Source: Myxococcota bacterium
GTDB taxonomy: Bacteria; Myxococcota_A; Bradymonadia; UBA7976; UBA1532
Assembly (NCBI GenBank): GCA_036337435.1
Contig: JAYZEG010000030.1
Coordinates: forward strand, 1-64,000
Reading direction: 5' to 3'
DNA length: 64,000 bases
The translations under genes were made by a program, and so were the position numbers. The notes beneath the pieces are model-generated. The model was not told where the DNA came from. It saw nothing but the letters and a program-made list of their open reading frames with translations, and made no database searches. Each line of letters starts with the position of its first letter. Position 1 is the first letter of the stretch. Shown here piece after piece: positions 39,480-48,937 of this stretch.

Positions 39480-40575
39480 CGTCCGTCATAAAGTCAGCTA
39501 TGGCCGATAGGCCGTCGAGGGTCGACGCATCGGGACCCAAGTGCGGCAATGTATAAACCCAGCCGTGGCCAGAAAGAGCAGCCAAGTCAGCCTTCAATTT
39601 CACGTGGCCCTCCATCAGATGGCGTTCGCGCAACGAGAACTGCCGCAATTTTGAAATCGCAACCGAGAGAACAGGATCAGGACGTTCAATCCGATCGGTG
39701 TCAGGCATTTTCCAGTTCCGACAATGGGTGAGACTCCGATTCAAAATAACACCAGCAACATGGAGCTGTAACTCTTCTGTCGCACGTCTTGAAAAGAACT
39801 GGGTTTCCTCAAGGGCTGCACTTGTGGGGGCTGTGACCAATAAAAACGACACATCCTGGCCACCGAAGAAACGACGCATCTCGGATTGGTTATGATTGAG
39901 CTGCGAAAGCAGGCCGCCGAAGAGCTGAAAAAACTGCTGTAACTCTCGACGGGTCTCAGGCCCAAAGCTTACATCCATGACCTTTTCGAGTAATTTCGTC
40001 GTCATCCGACGAATGGCACTGCCTTCACCCGGTACGAAGAGATTAAAAATACGTCTGTCGAGAAAAGCACTCGCCCGCTCGGGCGCATCGAGGAAACGCA
40101 ATGCATCTCGTGACGGAGGTGTATCGAGGATGATGAGGTCATAGCGCTCGTCATGAATGAATTCATATAACGCCTGAACGGCTGTGTATTCTTGCATGCC
40201 AGCGACCATAGCTGTCACGTTTTGGTAAATCGGATTGTTCATGAGAGTGCTGGCATCGCGATTCGATCCGGAGAATCGCTCAACAACTCGGTCGGCAATG
40301 AGCTGTGGGTCAAGCATCCACGCTGCTAGGCTACCAGTCGAACTTTGATCGATGAGCCCAGTGGTATCGACCGGGATGGGTCGCTCTGGGTTTCTATCGA
40401 CACCGAGTGCTTCAGCGAGTCTTTTGCTTGGATCGATAGTCACAACCAAAACATTTTTAACTTGTCTGGCTGCGGCCAAACCAAGGGCAGCCGAGGTTGT
40501 GGTTTTTCCCACACCGCCAGCCCCGCAGCAGACGATTACCTTGCGTGTCAGAATCAGGTCTTGAATCGGGTTCAT
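39454..40575 (-). CDS. ArsA/Get3-family ATPase (second of a tandem pair)
   Basis: CGAGGVGKTT, TIDPSKRLAEALG, GMQEY, ILDTPPSRDALRFLDAP. Confidence 0.9.
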   Translation of the reverse strand: MNPIQDLILTRKVIVCCGAGGVGKTTTSAALGLAAARQVKNVLVVTIDPSKRLAEALGVDRNPERPIPVDTTGLIDQSSTGSLAAWMLDPQLIADRVVERFSGSNRDASTLMNNPIYQNVTAMVAGMQEYTAVQALYEFIHDERYDLIILDTPPSRDALRFLDAPERASAFLDRRIFNLFVPGEGSAIRRMTTKLLEKVMDVSFGPETRRELQQFFQLFGGLLSQLNHNQSEMRRFFGGQDVSFLLVTAPTSAALEETQFFSRRATEELQLHVAGVILNRSLTHCRNWKMPDTDRIERPDPVLSVAISKLRQFSLRERHLMEGHVKLKADLAALSGHGWVYTLPHLGPDASTLDGLSAIADFMTDGEDDKNTK

Positions 40576-41486
40576 GACTCAGTGCCCATCAGCTCGCCAA
40601 TATAAGCCGTTAAGGGATTGGTAACGAGATCGGTATCAACGACTTCAGGCAGGTCTAAAACGGGCGAATCAAATCGATTTTTGAGCTCACTCAGCGCGAC
40701 TTTCGCAGCTCTGATTCGAGCCAGGGTCAGTTGACCGAAAAAATGCTCCGCGTCGCAGTATGCATCCAAGGCAGCTCGCTCATCATCGGTGAACGGATCA
40801 GGCGGCATTCGATTGAGGATCATCCCCCCCACAGTCACATCGGTTTCAGTTAATCCATCAACTAATTCGAGGGCCTCAGTGACGGGTAGTTTTTCCGGCA
40901 AGGTGACAATCCAGGCCTCGCATAGCTCTGGATTATTGAGAATACTTTGACCTTCTTTTAAAGCTCGAGCGATGGGTCCTGCCGGAATCAATCGAAGAAG
41001 AATTGCAGGCAACCCTGTGAGTGCCAATGTGTGGCCTGTGGCTGGCATGTCGATGATGATCAACTCATACTGTCGAGTTCCGTCCGAACGGGTCTTTTGA
41101 AGCAGGGTCAACAAATGATAGAAGATGCCCATTTCATGGAGTGAGGGTGCCGCTGTCAAAAATTTGTGGACAGCTTTTGAGCGCAGAGCGGCTGCGATCA
41201 ACGTCTTGCTCGGCAGAATCGTCCTCAAGAACAAAGAGTGGCCGGCCTTCGCGTTGAGACGGCCGATCGCGAGGAAGTCGTTTATGGGACAGGCTTCTTC
41301 GTTTAAATCCGGTCGACCGAACCGCGCACCTAATGCTGATTGAGACCCTTCCTCATAAGCGATTTCTAACACCAAAGTTCTCTTTTTCGCCTTGGACGAT
41401 GCAAGCCCTATGGCGGCCGAGACAGCGGTCCGACCAACGCCCCCTTTGCCGCTGATGAGCAATGTATGCCTGTTTAAAAAATACAC
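40572..41486 (-). CDS. ArsA/Get3-family ATPase (first of a tandem pair)
   Basis: SGKGGVGRT, APSLHE, IDMPATGH, TLPEKLPVTE; GTG start preceded by GAGGA. Confidence 0.88.
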   Translation of the reverse strand: MYFLNRHTLLISGKGGVGRTAVSAAIGLASSKAKKRTLVLEIAYEEGSQSALGARFGRPDLNEEACPINDFLAIGRLNAKAGHSLFLRTILPSKTLIAAALRSKAVHKFLTAAPSLHEMGIFYHLLTLLQKTRSDGTRQYELIIIDMPATGHTLALTGLPAILLRLIPAGPIARALKEGQSILNNPELCEAWIVTLPEKLPVTEALELVDGLTETDVTVGGMILNRMPPDPFTDDERAALDAYCDAEHFFGQLTLARIRAAKVALSELKNRFDSPVLDLPEVVDTDLVTNPLTAYIGELMGTES

Positions 41487-41698
41487 GAACCATCCTCACG
41501 AGTACGGGATTTACTATAGCTGGCAGCTGACCCACAAGCCAGTGTAGGACGAGACTAAAAACAACCGATTTGTAGATTATTTTCGAAAATTAGTCAGTCT
41601 GACGCGACTTTTTACCGTAAATCTGGTTACCATTACCAGTAGACCGGACCGGGTCTAAGATTCATCTGAGTCCGTTAAAACAGTCGAGAGGAGACCTT

Positions 41699-42886
41699 AT
41701 GCAGCTGCCTAGATTCCTTGAGAGTAATCCCCTGGTGGAGCGGCTACCAACCGAGGTGAAGACCAGAGTCGAAGCTTGGATGGATAATGTAAATACGCTG
41801 CTGACCATCGAGAATGTGGGCGTTTTAAAGAGCATGGGGCCATCCGCAATGCGGGGTCTCTTTTTGCAGAGGGGTCGGCAACAAACGGCTGAGATGCGGT
41901 CTAATCATTCGGCCCATTTCAATTTTTCCTATCCCTCCGACAACGGAGCGATGAAGGCGCTTTACGAGAAGGCCAAGCGTCTCCAATGGAACGGCAGCGT
42001 GGACCTGGACTGGTCAACACCTGTCGATCCTTTCAATCCGAATGTGCCGCTGATCGGAGAGGGGTTTGTAGACTGGAACATGCTCGCCGGATTCGGTATC
42101 CGCTTTAACGAACGGGAGCAGCTCGATTTCATGTGGCGGGTTACGTCCTGGATGTTGAGCCAGTTTTTGCATGGCGAACAGGGGGCATTAATGGCCTCTG
42201 CCCAAGTTACAGAGGCGACGCCCATTTTTGACGGAAAGTACTACGGAGCCACCCAGGTCATGGATGAGGCTCGGCACGTTGAGGTCTTTAGTCGCTACCT
42301 CGACTCTAAATTGGAACATCGATACGACATCAACGACAACCTATTCACGATCATCGATGGACTGATGACCGATAGCCGCTGGGATATGAAATTTCTAGGA
42401 ATGCAGATCCTCGTCGAAGGCCTCGCTCTCGGTGCCTTTGGAACCATGTATAAAATGACATCCGAGCCATTGCTCAAAGAATTGCTACGGTTAGTCATTC
42501 AAGATGAGGCACGTCATGTGCACTTCGGGTTGTTGGCATTGAAGCCACTCTACAACGGTGGACTGAGTGAGAAAGAGCGCATCGAAAGGGAAGACTGGGC
42601 ATTCGAGATCGTTCTTCTCATGCGAAATCGCTTCCTCGCGCATGAGTTATACGAAGAAGGCTTTGCCCACAGAATGAGCAGAAAAGAATGGAACTTCTTC
42701 ATGGATGAAATGCCAGGAATGTCGATGTTTCGACGTGTGATGTTCAAGCGGCTCGTGCCCAATCTGCGCGCGATCGGACTGTTGACCCCGCGGATTTTGC
42801 ATCGCTATGAGAAAGTCGGCCTAGGTGATTTCATCCACCTACCGGCGTCGAGTGAAATCAGCGACCACGATCTCAGCGCAGCCTAA
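41699..42886 (+). CDS. Ferritin-like diiron protein (AurF/oxygenase-like superfamily)
   Basis: SQFLHGEQGAL, QVMDEARH, LVEGLAL, QDEARHVHFG: two E...DExxH diiron motifs. Confidence 0.88.
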   Translation: MQLPRFLESNPLVERLPTEVKTRVEAWMDNVNTLLTIENVGVLKSMGPSAMRGLFLQRGRQQTAEMRSNHSAHFNFSYPSDNGAMKALYEKAKRLQWNGSVDLDWSTPVDPFNPNVPLIGEGFVDWNMLAGFGIRFNEREQLDFMWRVTSWMLSQFLHGEQGALMASAQVTEATPIFDGKYYGATQVMDEARHVEVFSRYLDSKLEHRYDINDNLFTIIDGLMTDSRWDMKFLGMQILVEGLALGAFGTMYKMTSEPLLKELLRLVIQDEARHVHFGLLALKPLYNGGLSEKERIEREDWAFEIVLLMRNRFLAHELYEEGFAHRMSRKEWNFFMDEMPGMSMFRRVMFKRLVPNLRAIGLLTPRILHRYEKVGLGDFIHLPASSEISDHDLSAA

Positions 42887-43404
42887 GGCGAAGTCTGGTC
42901 ACCGTCTTGGGCCGATTTCTTCTGAACCACAATGACATCATCGTCGGGAGTATGCTGTTGGTACCCTGTGGATGGCTCATTTGAATTTTGGTCGAAGCCA
43001 TCGAAGGGATACACGCCCGACTGACCAAAGAGGTCGTTGGTCGGTCCATATTGAACCCGCTTCTGGACTTTGCGATAGACAAAATAAGCGATCAATGTCC
43101 GTGTGGGGGGAAATAGGCATAAGATGCCGATCCCGTCGGTGATAAAACCTGGAATCAGCAATGCAAAGGCACCGAAGGACAAAAGGGCCGCTTCGAGGGC
43201 CGCCTGAGTGATACCAACTTTCTGTTTTTGTAGCCGCATCGGCAGCGAGGCTGTCTCAAATCGAGCATATCGTAAGCCGACGGCGGCCGTGAGAATGATT
43301 AAGCAAAAGGTTTCTAGGCCACCGATTGCTTCAGCGGTACGCAACATGAGGACCAGCTCACCTGCTGCCAATCCCAATCCCACGAGCAACACAAACCGGC
43401 ACAT
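42883..43404 (-). CDS. fxsA: FxsA family membrane protein
   Basis: E....L....IG...T..LIILTA.VG and LLIPGFITD.IG.L.L.PPTR. Start ATG 43404. Confidence 0.85.
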   Translation of the reverse strand: MCRFVLLVGLGLAAGELVLMLRTAEAIGGLETFCLIILTAAVGLRYARFETASLPMRLQKQKVGITQAALEAALLSFGAFALLIPGFITDGIGILCLFPPTRTLIAYFVYRKVQKRVQYGPTNDLFGQSGVYPFDGFDQNSNEPSTGYQQHTPDDDVIVVQKKSAQDGDQTSP

Positions 43405-43411
43405 GGCCAAC

Positions 43412-44440
43412 CTATGGGAAAATGGCTGTGGCAGATAAACCGAGGGCTTCATCGTACCCGGCCATCAGGTTAAAACACTGGAGGGCTTGGCCCGATGACC
43501 CTTTGCACAGGTTATCTATGGCGGATTGAACCACCAATAAATCATCGGACTGAAAAAGACCTATATGACAACGATTCGTACCTCGGACATGTCTTGGGTC
43601 CGGATGCTGTCCGTCTTGTAGCACCGAAATAAAGGTTTCAGCTGCATAAGCTGACTCATAGACATGCCTTACATCGGCCAGAGCGATATCTGGTTTCAGG
43701 CGCAAATACAAAGTAGAGAGTATGCCACGGATTGTCGGAACTAGATGAGGGATGAAGCGAACTGTCGGTCCTCCCAGATAGTGGCTCATTTCCGGCGCAT
43801 GGCGATGCGTTAGGGTTTTGTACGCATGGAGGCCATCGGCGGTTTCCGGAAAGTGAGTTACAGCCGATGGCGTTCGACCCGCACCACTGACACCCGATTT
43901 ACAATCCGCAATCAGCTCGGAATCGCGAACGAGCCCCATGTTAAAGGCTGGAAATGCCCCCAGAATCACACTGGTTGGATAACAGCCAGGACAGCCGATG
44001 AGCTGCGCTTGAGGAATCAGGTCGCGGTTGAGTTCTGGTAACCCATACACGGTTTTTCTCAGTGAGTCTGGGTGACTATGCGGAGTGTAAATCTCGGCGT
44101 AGAGCTCTGGGTCACTGAATCGATGGTCTGCACTGAGATCGATGACGCGCACCCCCCGTTCCAACAATTGGGCTGTGGCATCTTGGGCCATACCGTGCGG
44201 CAAGCCGAGAAACGCAAACTCACATTCGGCCGCGATTAAATCCGCGTCGAACTTGACCATTTGGGGGAGGTCTAAGCCCGAGAATGCCGGCGTAATATCT
44301 GAGACATCGCGGCCGGCCTGACGGCCGGCGCAGAGGATTCGTAGGTCGACATGAGGATGTCCGAGAAGCAGGCGAAGTGCTTCGGTGCCAGTGTATCCAC
44401 TGGCACCGACCAATGCCACAGTGCGTTTCGGCGCGTCCAA
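43412..44440 (-). CDS. argC: N-acetyl-gamma-glutamyl-phosphate reductase
   Basis: GASGYTG, LPHG, DLSADHR, YGLPE, PGCYPT, SGVSGAGR, IDNLCKGSSGQA. Confidence 0.96.
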   Translation of the reverse strand: MDAPKRTVALVGASGYTGTEALRLLLGHPHVDLRILCAGRQAGRDVSDITPAFSGLDLPQMVKFDADLIAAECEFAFLGLPHGMAQDATAQLLERGVRVIDLSADHRFSDPELYAEIYTPHSHPDSLRKTVYGLPELNRDLIPQAQLIGCPGCYPTSVILGAFPAFNMGLVRDSELIADCKSGVSGAGRTPSAVTHFPETADGLHAYKTLTHRHAPEMSHYLGGPTVRFIPHLVPTIRGILSTLYLRLKPDIALADVRHVYESAYAAETFISVLQDGQHPDPRHVRGTNRCHIGLFQSDDLLVVQSAIDNLCKGSSGQALQCFNLMAGYDEALGLSATAIFP

Positions 44441-44446
44441 ACCAGT

Positions 44447-44845
44447 TTAACGTTTCGAGAACTGGAATCGCTTACGGGCACCCGGCTGACCGTATTTCTT
44501 ACGCTCAACTTCACGAGCATCACGGGTCACGTAGCCGGCTCTCTTGAGCGCGCCCCTGAACTCGGCGTTGTACTCCATTAGCGCGCGAGTGATTCCATGT
44601 CGCATAGCACCAGCTTGGCCTGTGAGTCCGCCGCCCTTCACATTGACGAGGATGTCAAAACTGTCCATCGTTTCCGTCAATTCTAATGGCTGTGTGACAT
44701 GCTGACGACGACTACCGCCTGGAAGGTACTCTTCAAATGCTCGTCCGTTCACGGTAATGGTGCCGGTTCCCGGTCGAAGGTAAACGCGTGCGACGGCTGA
44801 TTTACGACGCCCAACGGCGTGCCATTGTTGCTGATCTTGACTCAT
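44447..44845 (-). CDS. rpsI: 30S ribosomal protein S9
   Basis: [36 protein letters not shown]. Confidence 0.99.
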   Translation of the reverse strand: MSQDQQQWHAVGRRKSAVARVYLRPGTGTITVNGRAFEEYLPGGSRRQHVTQPLELTETMDSFDILVNVKGGGLTGQAGAMRHGITRALMEYNAEFRGALKRAGYVTRDAREVERKKYGQPGARKRFQFSKR

Positions 44846-44982
44846 GTCCGTTCTCCAACGGATGGTATGCGCCCAGCCTTTTGGCTGTTTTGAATCTGCC
44901 GAAGCAAACGGTTGTTCAAATAGCGCCTACACAGTGTGTTGCGAATTGAGGTCCCAAAAGCATCGAGACCAACCAAAATTAA

Positions 44983-45432
44983 TTAACTGATGACCGTGCC
45001 GAGATCGAGGATCTCAGCCTGCTGCGCAGTATGCGGATGCTCAGAGCCAACGTAGACTTTCAACTTCTTGAGTTGGGCTCGGCCGAGAGGCCCTCGCGCA
45101 AGCATCCCCTTGACGGCCTTGCGGATGATCTCTTCAGGATTTCGCTCCAGCATTTCCTTAGCGGTCGTCGACTTTAACCCTCCGACGAAACCGGTGTGGC
45201 GATAATATTTTTTATCAGCCCATTTTTGACCGGTGAATACGACCTGTTCCGCGTTGATCGCGATGATGAAATCACCGTCATCGATATGGGGCGTATAGGT
45301 TGCTTTATGCTTGCCTCGCAGAACGTGGGCAATGCGCGTTGCAGCACGGCCGACAGTTTGTCCAGCCAAGTCAACGACATACCACTTTCGGTCCGCTACG
45401 GCTTCAGCCGTGGTTGTGGATCGCGTATACAT
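44983..45432 (-). CDS. rplM: 50S ribosomal protein L13
   Basis: [41 protein letters not shown]. Confidence 0.98.
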   Translation of the reverse strand: MYTRSTTTAEAVADRKWYVVDLAGQTVGRAATRIAHVLRGKHKATYTPHIDDGDFIIAINAEQVVFTGQKWADKKYYRHTGFVGGLKSTTAKEMLERNPEEIIRKAVKGMLARGPLGRAQLKKLKVYVGSEHPHTAQQAEILDLGTVIS

Positions 45433-45679
45433 CTTCGTACCTCTTGAAAATCGGTCTAGACCACCTAGACTCGATAAAGTGAGCGCCGCTAATTACCTGA
45501 CTGAGGGCCGCGGGTCAAGCAAAGCCGCCAGATCTGGACAAAAAAGTTCTTCATTTTCTAAAAAATACACTGAAAAGGGGCAAAGTTCTGCGGATCCAAT
45601 GCGACGCTCTGTTGTCGAAAGCGCCTGGCGCTGGTATGGTCCGTCGCCAAACAACCCAAAAGATTGGAAAAGCCCGATT

Positions 45680-46774
45680 ATGGCTGCATTAGATCATTTA
45701 AAAAAGTGCATTGGACAGAGGATTGTCGTTGGCTTTGAAGGAACCAAGGTGCCCAGTGAACTTCTTCGCCTAGACGAAGAATGGGGTATTGGTGGCTATT
45801 TGCTGCGCAAGGAAAACTACAGCGACTTCGAGCAGTTGATGAACCTCAATGAAGACCTATGGACCCGCGGTCAGGGTACGCCACCATTCATTGGAATCAG
45901 TCAAGAAGGTGGCCTTGTGCACGAAGTGCCGGAGCCATTTACAGTATTCCCAGAGATGGCCCATATGGGTCAGGTAAGCTCCGTATCGGTCGCGTACGAG
46001 GTGGGTGCCGTTATCGGTCGTGAGTTAACAGCGACGGGATTTAATCTCAATTTTGCCCCTATGCTGGACCTGAATGTAAACACAGACAATCCCACCATCG
46101 GTCGGCGCGCGATCTCACCGGATCCCAACAAGGTATCGAACTTGGCACGGGCCGTGATCCGAGGGCTGCATGACAACTCGATTATCGCCTGCGGCAAATA
46201 CTTTCCTGGTTTTGGGGACACCTATTACGCGTCCGACAATACCCTGCCGGAATGTGATTCATCATTAGAGCAACTCAAAGAGCTAGACGTCATGCCGTAT
46301 CGAGCTCTGATCCAAAATCCACCGCATCTCGATATGGTCATGTCTGGTCATGTCATGTATCCAAAAGTGGATCCTGAAAACCCTGCGACCTACAGCAGAA
46401 CCATCCTTCACGATCTGCTGAGATTAGAAATCGGATTTAAAGGGCTAGTCGTAACAGACGATCTCAGTGACCCACTGCTCAGGAAAACCATCGGACTGGA
46501 AACCGCGGTTGATCGATGCTTTGAATCGGGTGTTGACCTGATGATGGTCAGTGGAACATTGGACGACCAGGTTCAAGTGTTGGAACAAATTCTGCGCATC
46601 GTGGAAAAAGAAAACTACCCCCATCACATGCTCGAAAGAAGCTTTCGTCGAGTTCGCGATATCAAGGCACGGCACTTTAGAGTACTCAGAACCATCGACC
46701 GTCAGCACGCCCGGGAACTGGTCGGCAATCGAGAACATTTTCGAATCGCCCGCCGGTTGCGAGATGGCAAATAG
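45680..46774 (+). CDS. GH3 N-terminal domain (NagZ-like) protein with degenerate catalytic motifs
   Basis: QEGG.V, G.NLNFAPMLD, IG.RA, ACGKYFPGFG, LLR.EIGFKGLVVTDDL. Start ATG 45680; the upstream part of the track ORF overlaps rplM and is probably not coding. Confidence 0.82.
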   Translation: MAALDHLKKCIGQRIVVGFEGTKVPSELLRLDEEWGIGGYLLRKENYSDFEQLMNLNEDLWTRGQGTPPFIGISQEGGLVHEVPEPFTVFPEMAHMGQVSSVSVAYEVGAVIGRELTATGFNLNFAPMLDLNVNTDNPTIGRRAISPDPNKVSNLARAVIRGLHDNSIIACGKYFPGFGDTYYASDNTLPECDSSLEQLKELDVMPYRALIQNPPHLDMVMSGHVMYPKVDPENPATYSRTILHDLLRLEIGFKGLVVTDDLSDPLLRKTIGLETAVDRCFESGVDLMMVSGTLDDQVQVLEQILRIVEKENYPHHMLERSFRRVRDIKARHFRVLRTIDRQHARELVGNREHFRIARRLRDGK

Positions 46775-46775
46775 G

Positions 46776-47435
46776 TCACGTTTTAAACCGCTTAATCAAG
46801 GTGCCGACATGGCCAAGCCACTGGGTCATGCGATCGGCGGTCGCTGCTGTAGGATAACCGATGAGCAAGCGAAGAATACTTTGGGCTGTTTCCGTCATTT
46901 TGATCAGGCTGCGAGCGCGACGTAAATTGTAGGTTTGCCCGACCGACTCACCGCCGAGTCGTTCTGCATCGACGACAAAACCTTCGAGAGCCTGACGAAC
47001 GGTCTCCAGAAGCATCCACTCTCGACTCCGCAGAACGGAGGCAACCGTCGGCCAGAAATCCGTGAGGGCGACATACGGAGAATTGCGGCTGGAATCAATC
47101 GAACGCACCAAACCTCGTTCAACAAGTTCAGCGATGACACCACTGACCAAGGATCGACTGACGCCCAAATATTGAGCGATTTGGACCTGAGCTAATGGAT
47201 CCGTACTGAGAGCCAAAAGAGCCCAGACCCGGCCATGGATTCCCTTAAAGCCCCAGTATTCGATGAAGTCGCCGATACTGTCACAGACTTCCAAGACGCG
47301 CCGGTTGATGATGACGGCAGCCCCGTCTGGCGTCTGATCTGACCCTTGCTTTGTCACTGTTGCCTTCGCTTGTTCGAGGATCACGTCGCGTGACCAAAAA
47401 ACGCCAAATGTCACCCGTATTGATGTTTTTGACAA
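46776..47435 (-). CDS. GbsR/MarR family transcriptional regulator
   Basis: IGDFIEYWGFKGIHGRVWALL..S..PL....IAQYLGVSRSLVS....L...GLV (winged HTH). Start uncertain: TTG 47435 or GTG 47384. Confidence 0.85.
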   Translation of the reverse strand: MSKTSIRVTFGVFWSRDVILEQAKATVTKQGSDQTPDGAAVIINRRVLEVCDSIGDFIEYWGFKGIHGRVWALLALSTDPLAQVQIAQYLGVSRSLVSGVIAELVERGLVRSIDSSRNSPYVALTDFWPTVASVLRSREWMLLETVRQALEGFVVDAERLGGESVGQTYNLRRARSLIKMTETAQSILRLLIGYPTAATADRMTQWLGHVGTLIKRFKT

Positions 47436-47458
47436 TTCCGGGTAGTGTGAAGCATATA

Positions 47459-47480
47459 TTGTTCACAATATTGTGAACAA
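47459..47480. promoter_or_regulatory. Perfect 22-bp palindrome, candidate operator of the GbsR-type regulator
   Basis: TTGTTCACAATATTGTGAACAA equals its own reverse complement and lies between the divergent regulator and menF. Confidence 0.75.
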
Positions 47481-47536
47481 GTAAAATTGTGTAGCCCTTT
47501 TACCTGATAATCGCGCTCCAGCATCAGAGTGAGTCT

Positions 47537-48937
47537 ATGAGCAGCCAGACATCAGCTTATTCCGGTAACGGACGGCAAGCTTTTGATGAGAGCATCTGGG
47601 CGGACGTGCGCGTGACCGCTTCGAAGACCGCTAAAAAAGTCCAATTCATCGGGGGTTTTAAGCACTCCGACGCCATCTTCAGGTGGTGCGATCAAGAGGC
47701 TGGACTCAAGGTCTTGGGCTTTGGATGTTTCGCGATTTCAACATCGGCAGATGCGTTCCAGCAGCCCTTGGAGTTTGTCATCGGTGGCGTGCATGTAGAT
47801 GCCGACGATTTGTTTACATACATCAAAACAAAACTAGACGAGTCTCTATGGGCGATGCCCATCGGGTTCTTTGCACTGCGTTTTGATTCAGAGCGAGACA
47901 GTCAATCGAGCCTGTGGTGTGAGTGGCCGGCTGCAATCGTTCAAATTCCCGAACAGATCATTGTCGAAAAAGAGGGCCGAGAGACAGTCGATATCAGATT
48001 TGAATTAGTCAGCCAGTCACATCCACTTGCCAATGGAAACAACAAATCCGTGACAACACGCAGCGAGCGACAGTTCGAATGCACTCGCTGGAGTTCGAAC
48101 CAAAAGTGGGACGAAGCCGAGGACAGCACTCATTTTCAGGACAGGGTGTTCGCCGTTGAGGCGGCCTGTCGCAATGAACTCGTTGATAAAATTGTTTTGG
48201 CTCGTAGTGCCAGTGTGCGCTGCGAACCACAGCAGAGCTTTTGTCCTCAGAAAACGTACGACGCCCTCGTTGATAAACATCCGAAAACGACCGTCTTTTC
48301 CATCCGACGAGGCAGTCAGCATTTCATGGGAGCAACGCCCGAGACGCTCGTGAGGGTCACGGGGTATGAAGTTACGACCCATGCGTTGGCTGGCACCGCG
48401 ACCCATGATCCAGAGGCCATGCTGGTCGATGACAAAATACGAAGAGAACACGCCTACGTTGTCGGCGAGATTCAGTCGGGGCTCGAACCCCTGTGTGATG
48501 CATTGCAGATCGAACCGGCACCGAGCATTCGACCGGCCAATCATTTGTTTCATCTTCAAACCAAGTTGGTCGGCGTCCCCAAGGCTGGGTATTCGATTTT
48601 CGACTTTGTTCGCGCGCTCCATCCGACGCCCGCGCTCTGCGGGTTGCCGAGACAAGATTCAATGTCGTGGTTACGGAAAACCGAACCTCTGGACCGTGGT
48701 TTTTTTGGCGGGCCCGTGGGTCTTTTCGATGCATCGGGCCAAAATGGGACCTGCGCTGTTGCAATTCGCTCGGGGTTGCTCGGCCTAAACCAAGCCGTTG
48801 GGTTCGCAGGCGCAGGCATCGTGAGCGGCTCGAATCCAGTGGAAGAGTGGACAGAAACGGAAGCGAAATTAGACGCGTTCAGGTCGGCTCTTCGCACGAT
48901 GAAGCGGCCGGATTCAGAGGACGCGGTGCGACAATGA
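47537..48937 (+). CDS. menF: Isochorismate synthase
   Basis: KIVLAR, FMGATPETL, ALAGT, K.RREH..V, LHPTPALCGLP, RGFFGGPVG, AIRSG, AGAGIV.GS.P.EEW.ETEAK. Confidence 0.9.
   Translation: MSSQTSAYSGNGRQAFDESIWADVRVTASKTAKKVQFIGGFKHSDAIFRWCDQEAGLKVLGFGCFAISTSADAFQQPLEFVIGGVHVDADDLFTYIKTKLDESLWAMPIGFFALRFDSERDSQSSLWCEWPAAIVQIPEQIIVEKEGRETVDIRFELVSQSHPLANGNNKSVTTRSERQFECTRWSSNQKWDEAEDSTHFQDRVFAVEAACRNELVDKIVLARSASVRCEPQQSFCPQKTYDALVDKHPKTTVFSIRRGSQHFMGATPETLVRVTGYEVTTHALAGTATHDPEAMLVDDKIRREHAYVVGEIQSGLEPLCDALQIEPAPSIRPANHLFHLQTKLVGVPKAGYSIFDFVRALHPTPALCGLPRQDSMSWLRKTEPLDRGFFGGPVGLFDASGQNGTCAVAIRSGLLGLNQAVGFAGAGIVSGSNPVEEWTETEAKLDAFRSALRTMKRPDSEDAVRQ

Noticed and set aside
39454..41486. Arsenic resistance operon
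   Set aside because: No arsB/acr3, arsC, arsD or arsR, and the proteins are single-domain Get3-like rather than fused ArsA.
45311..45679. Long N-terminal extensions in track ORFs (nagZ-like here; also menD from 48667, menC from 50951, exonuclease from 39036, epimerase from 36084)
   Set aside because: Most overlap neighbouring genes, and better starts exist where family homology begins, usually with an RBS or stop/start coupling.
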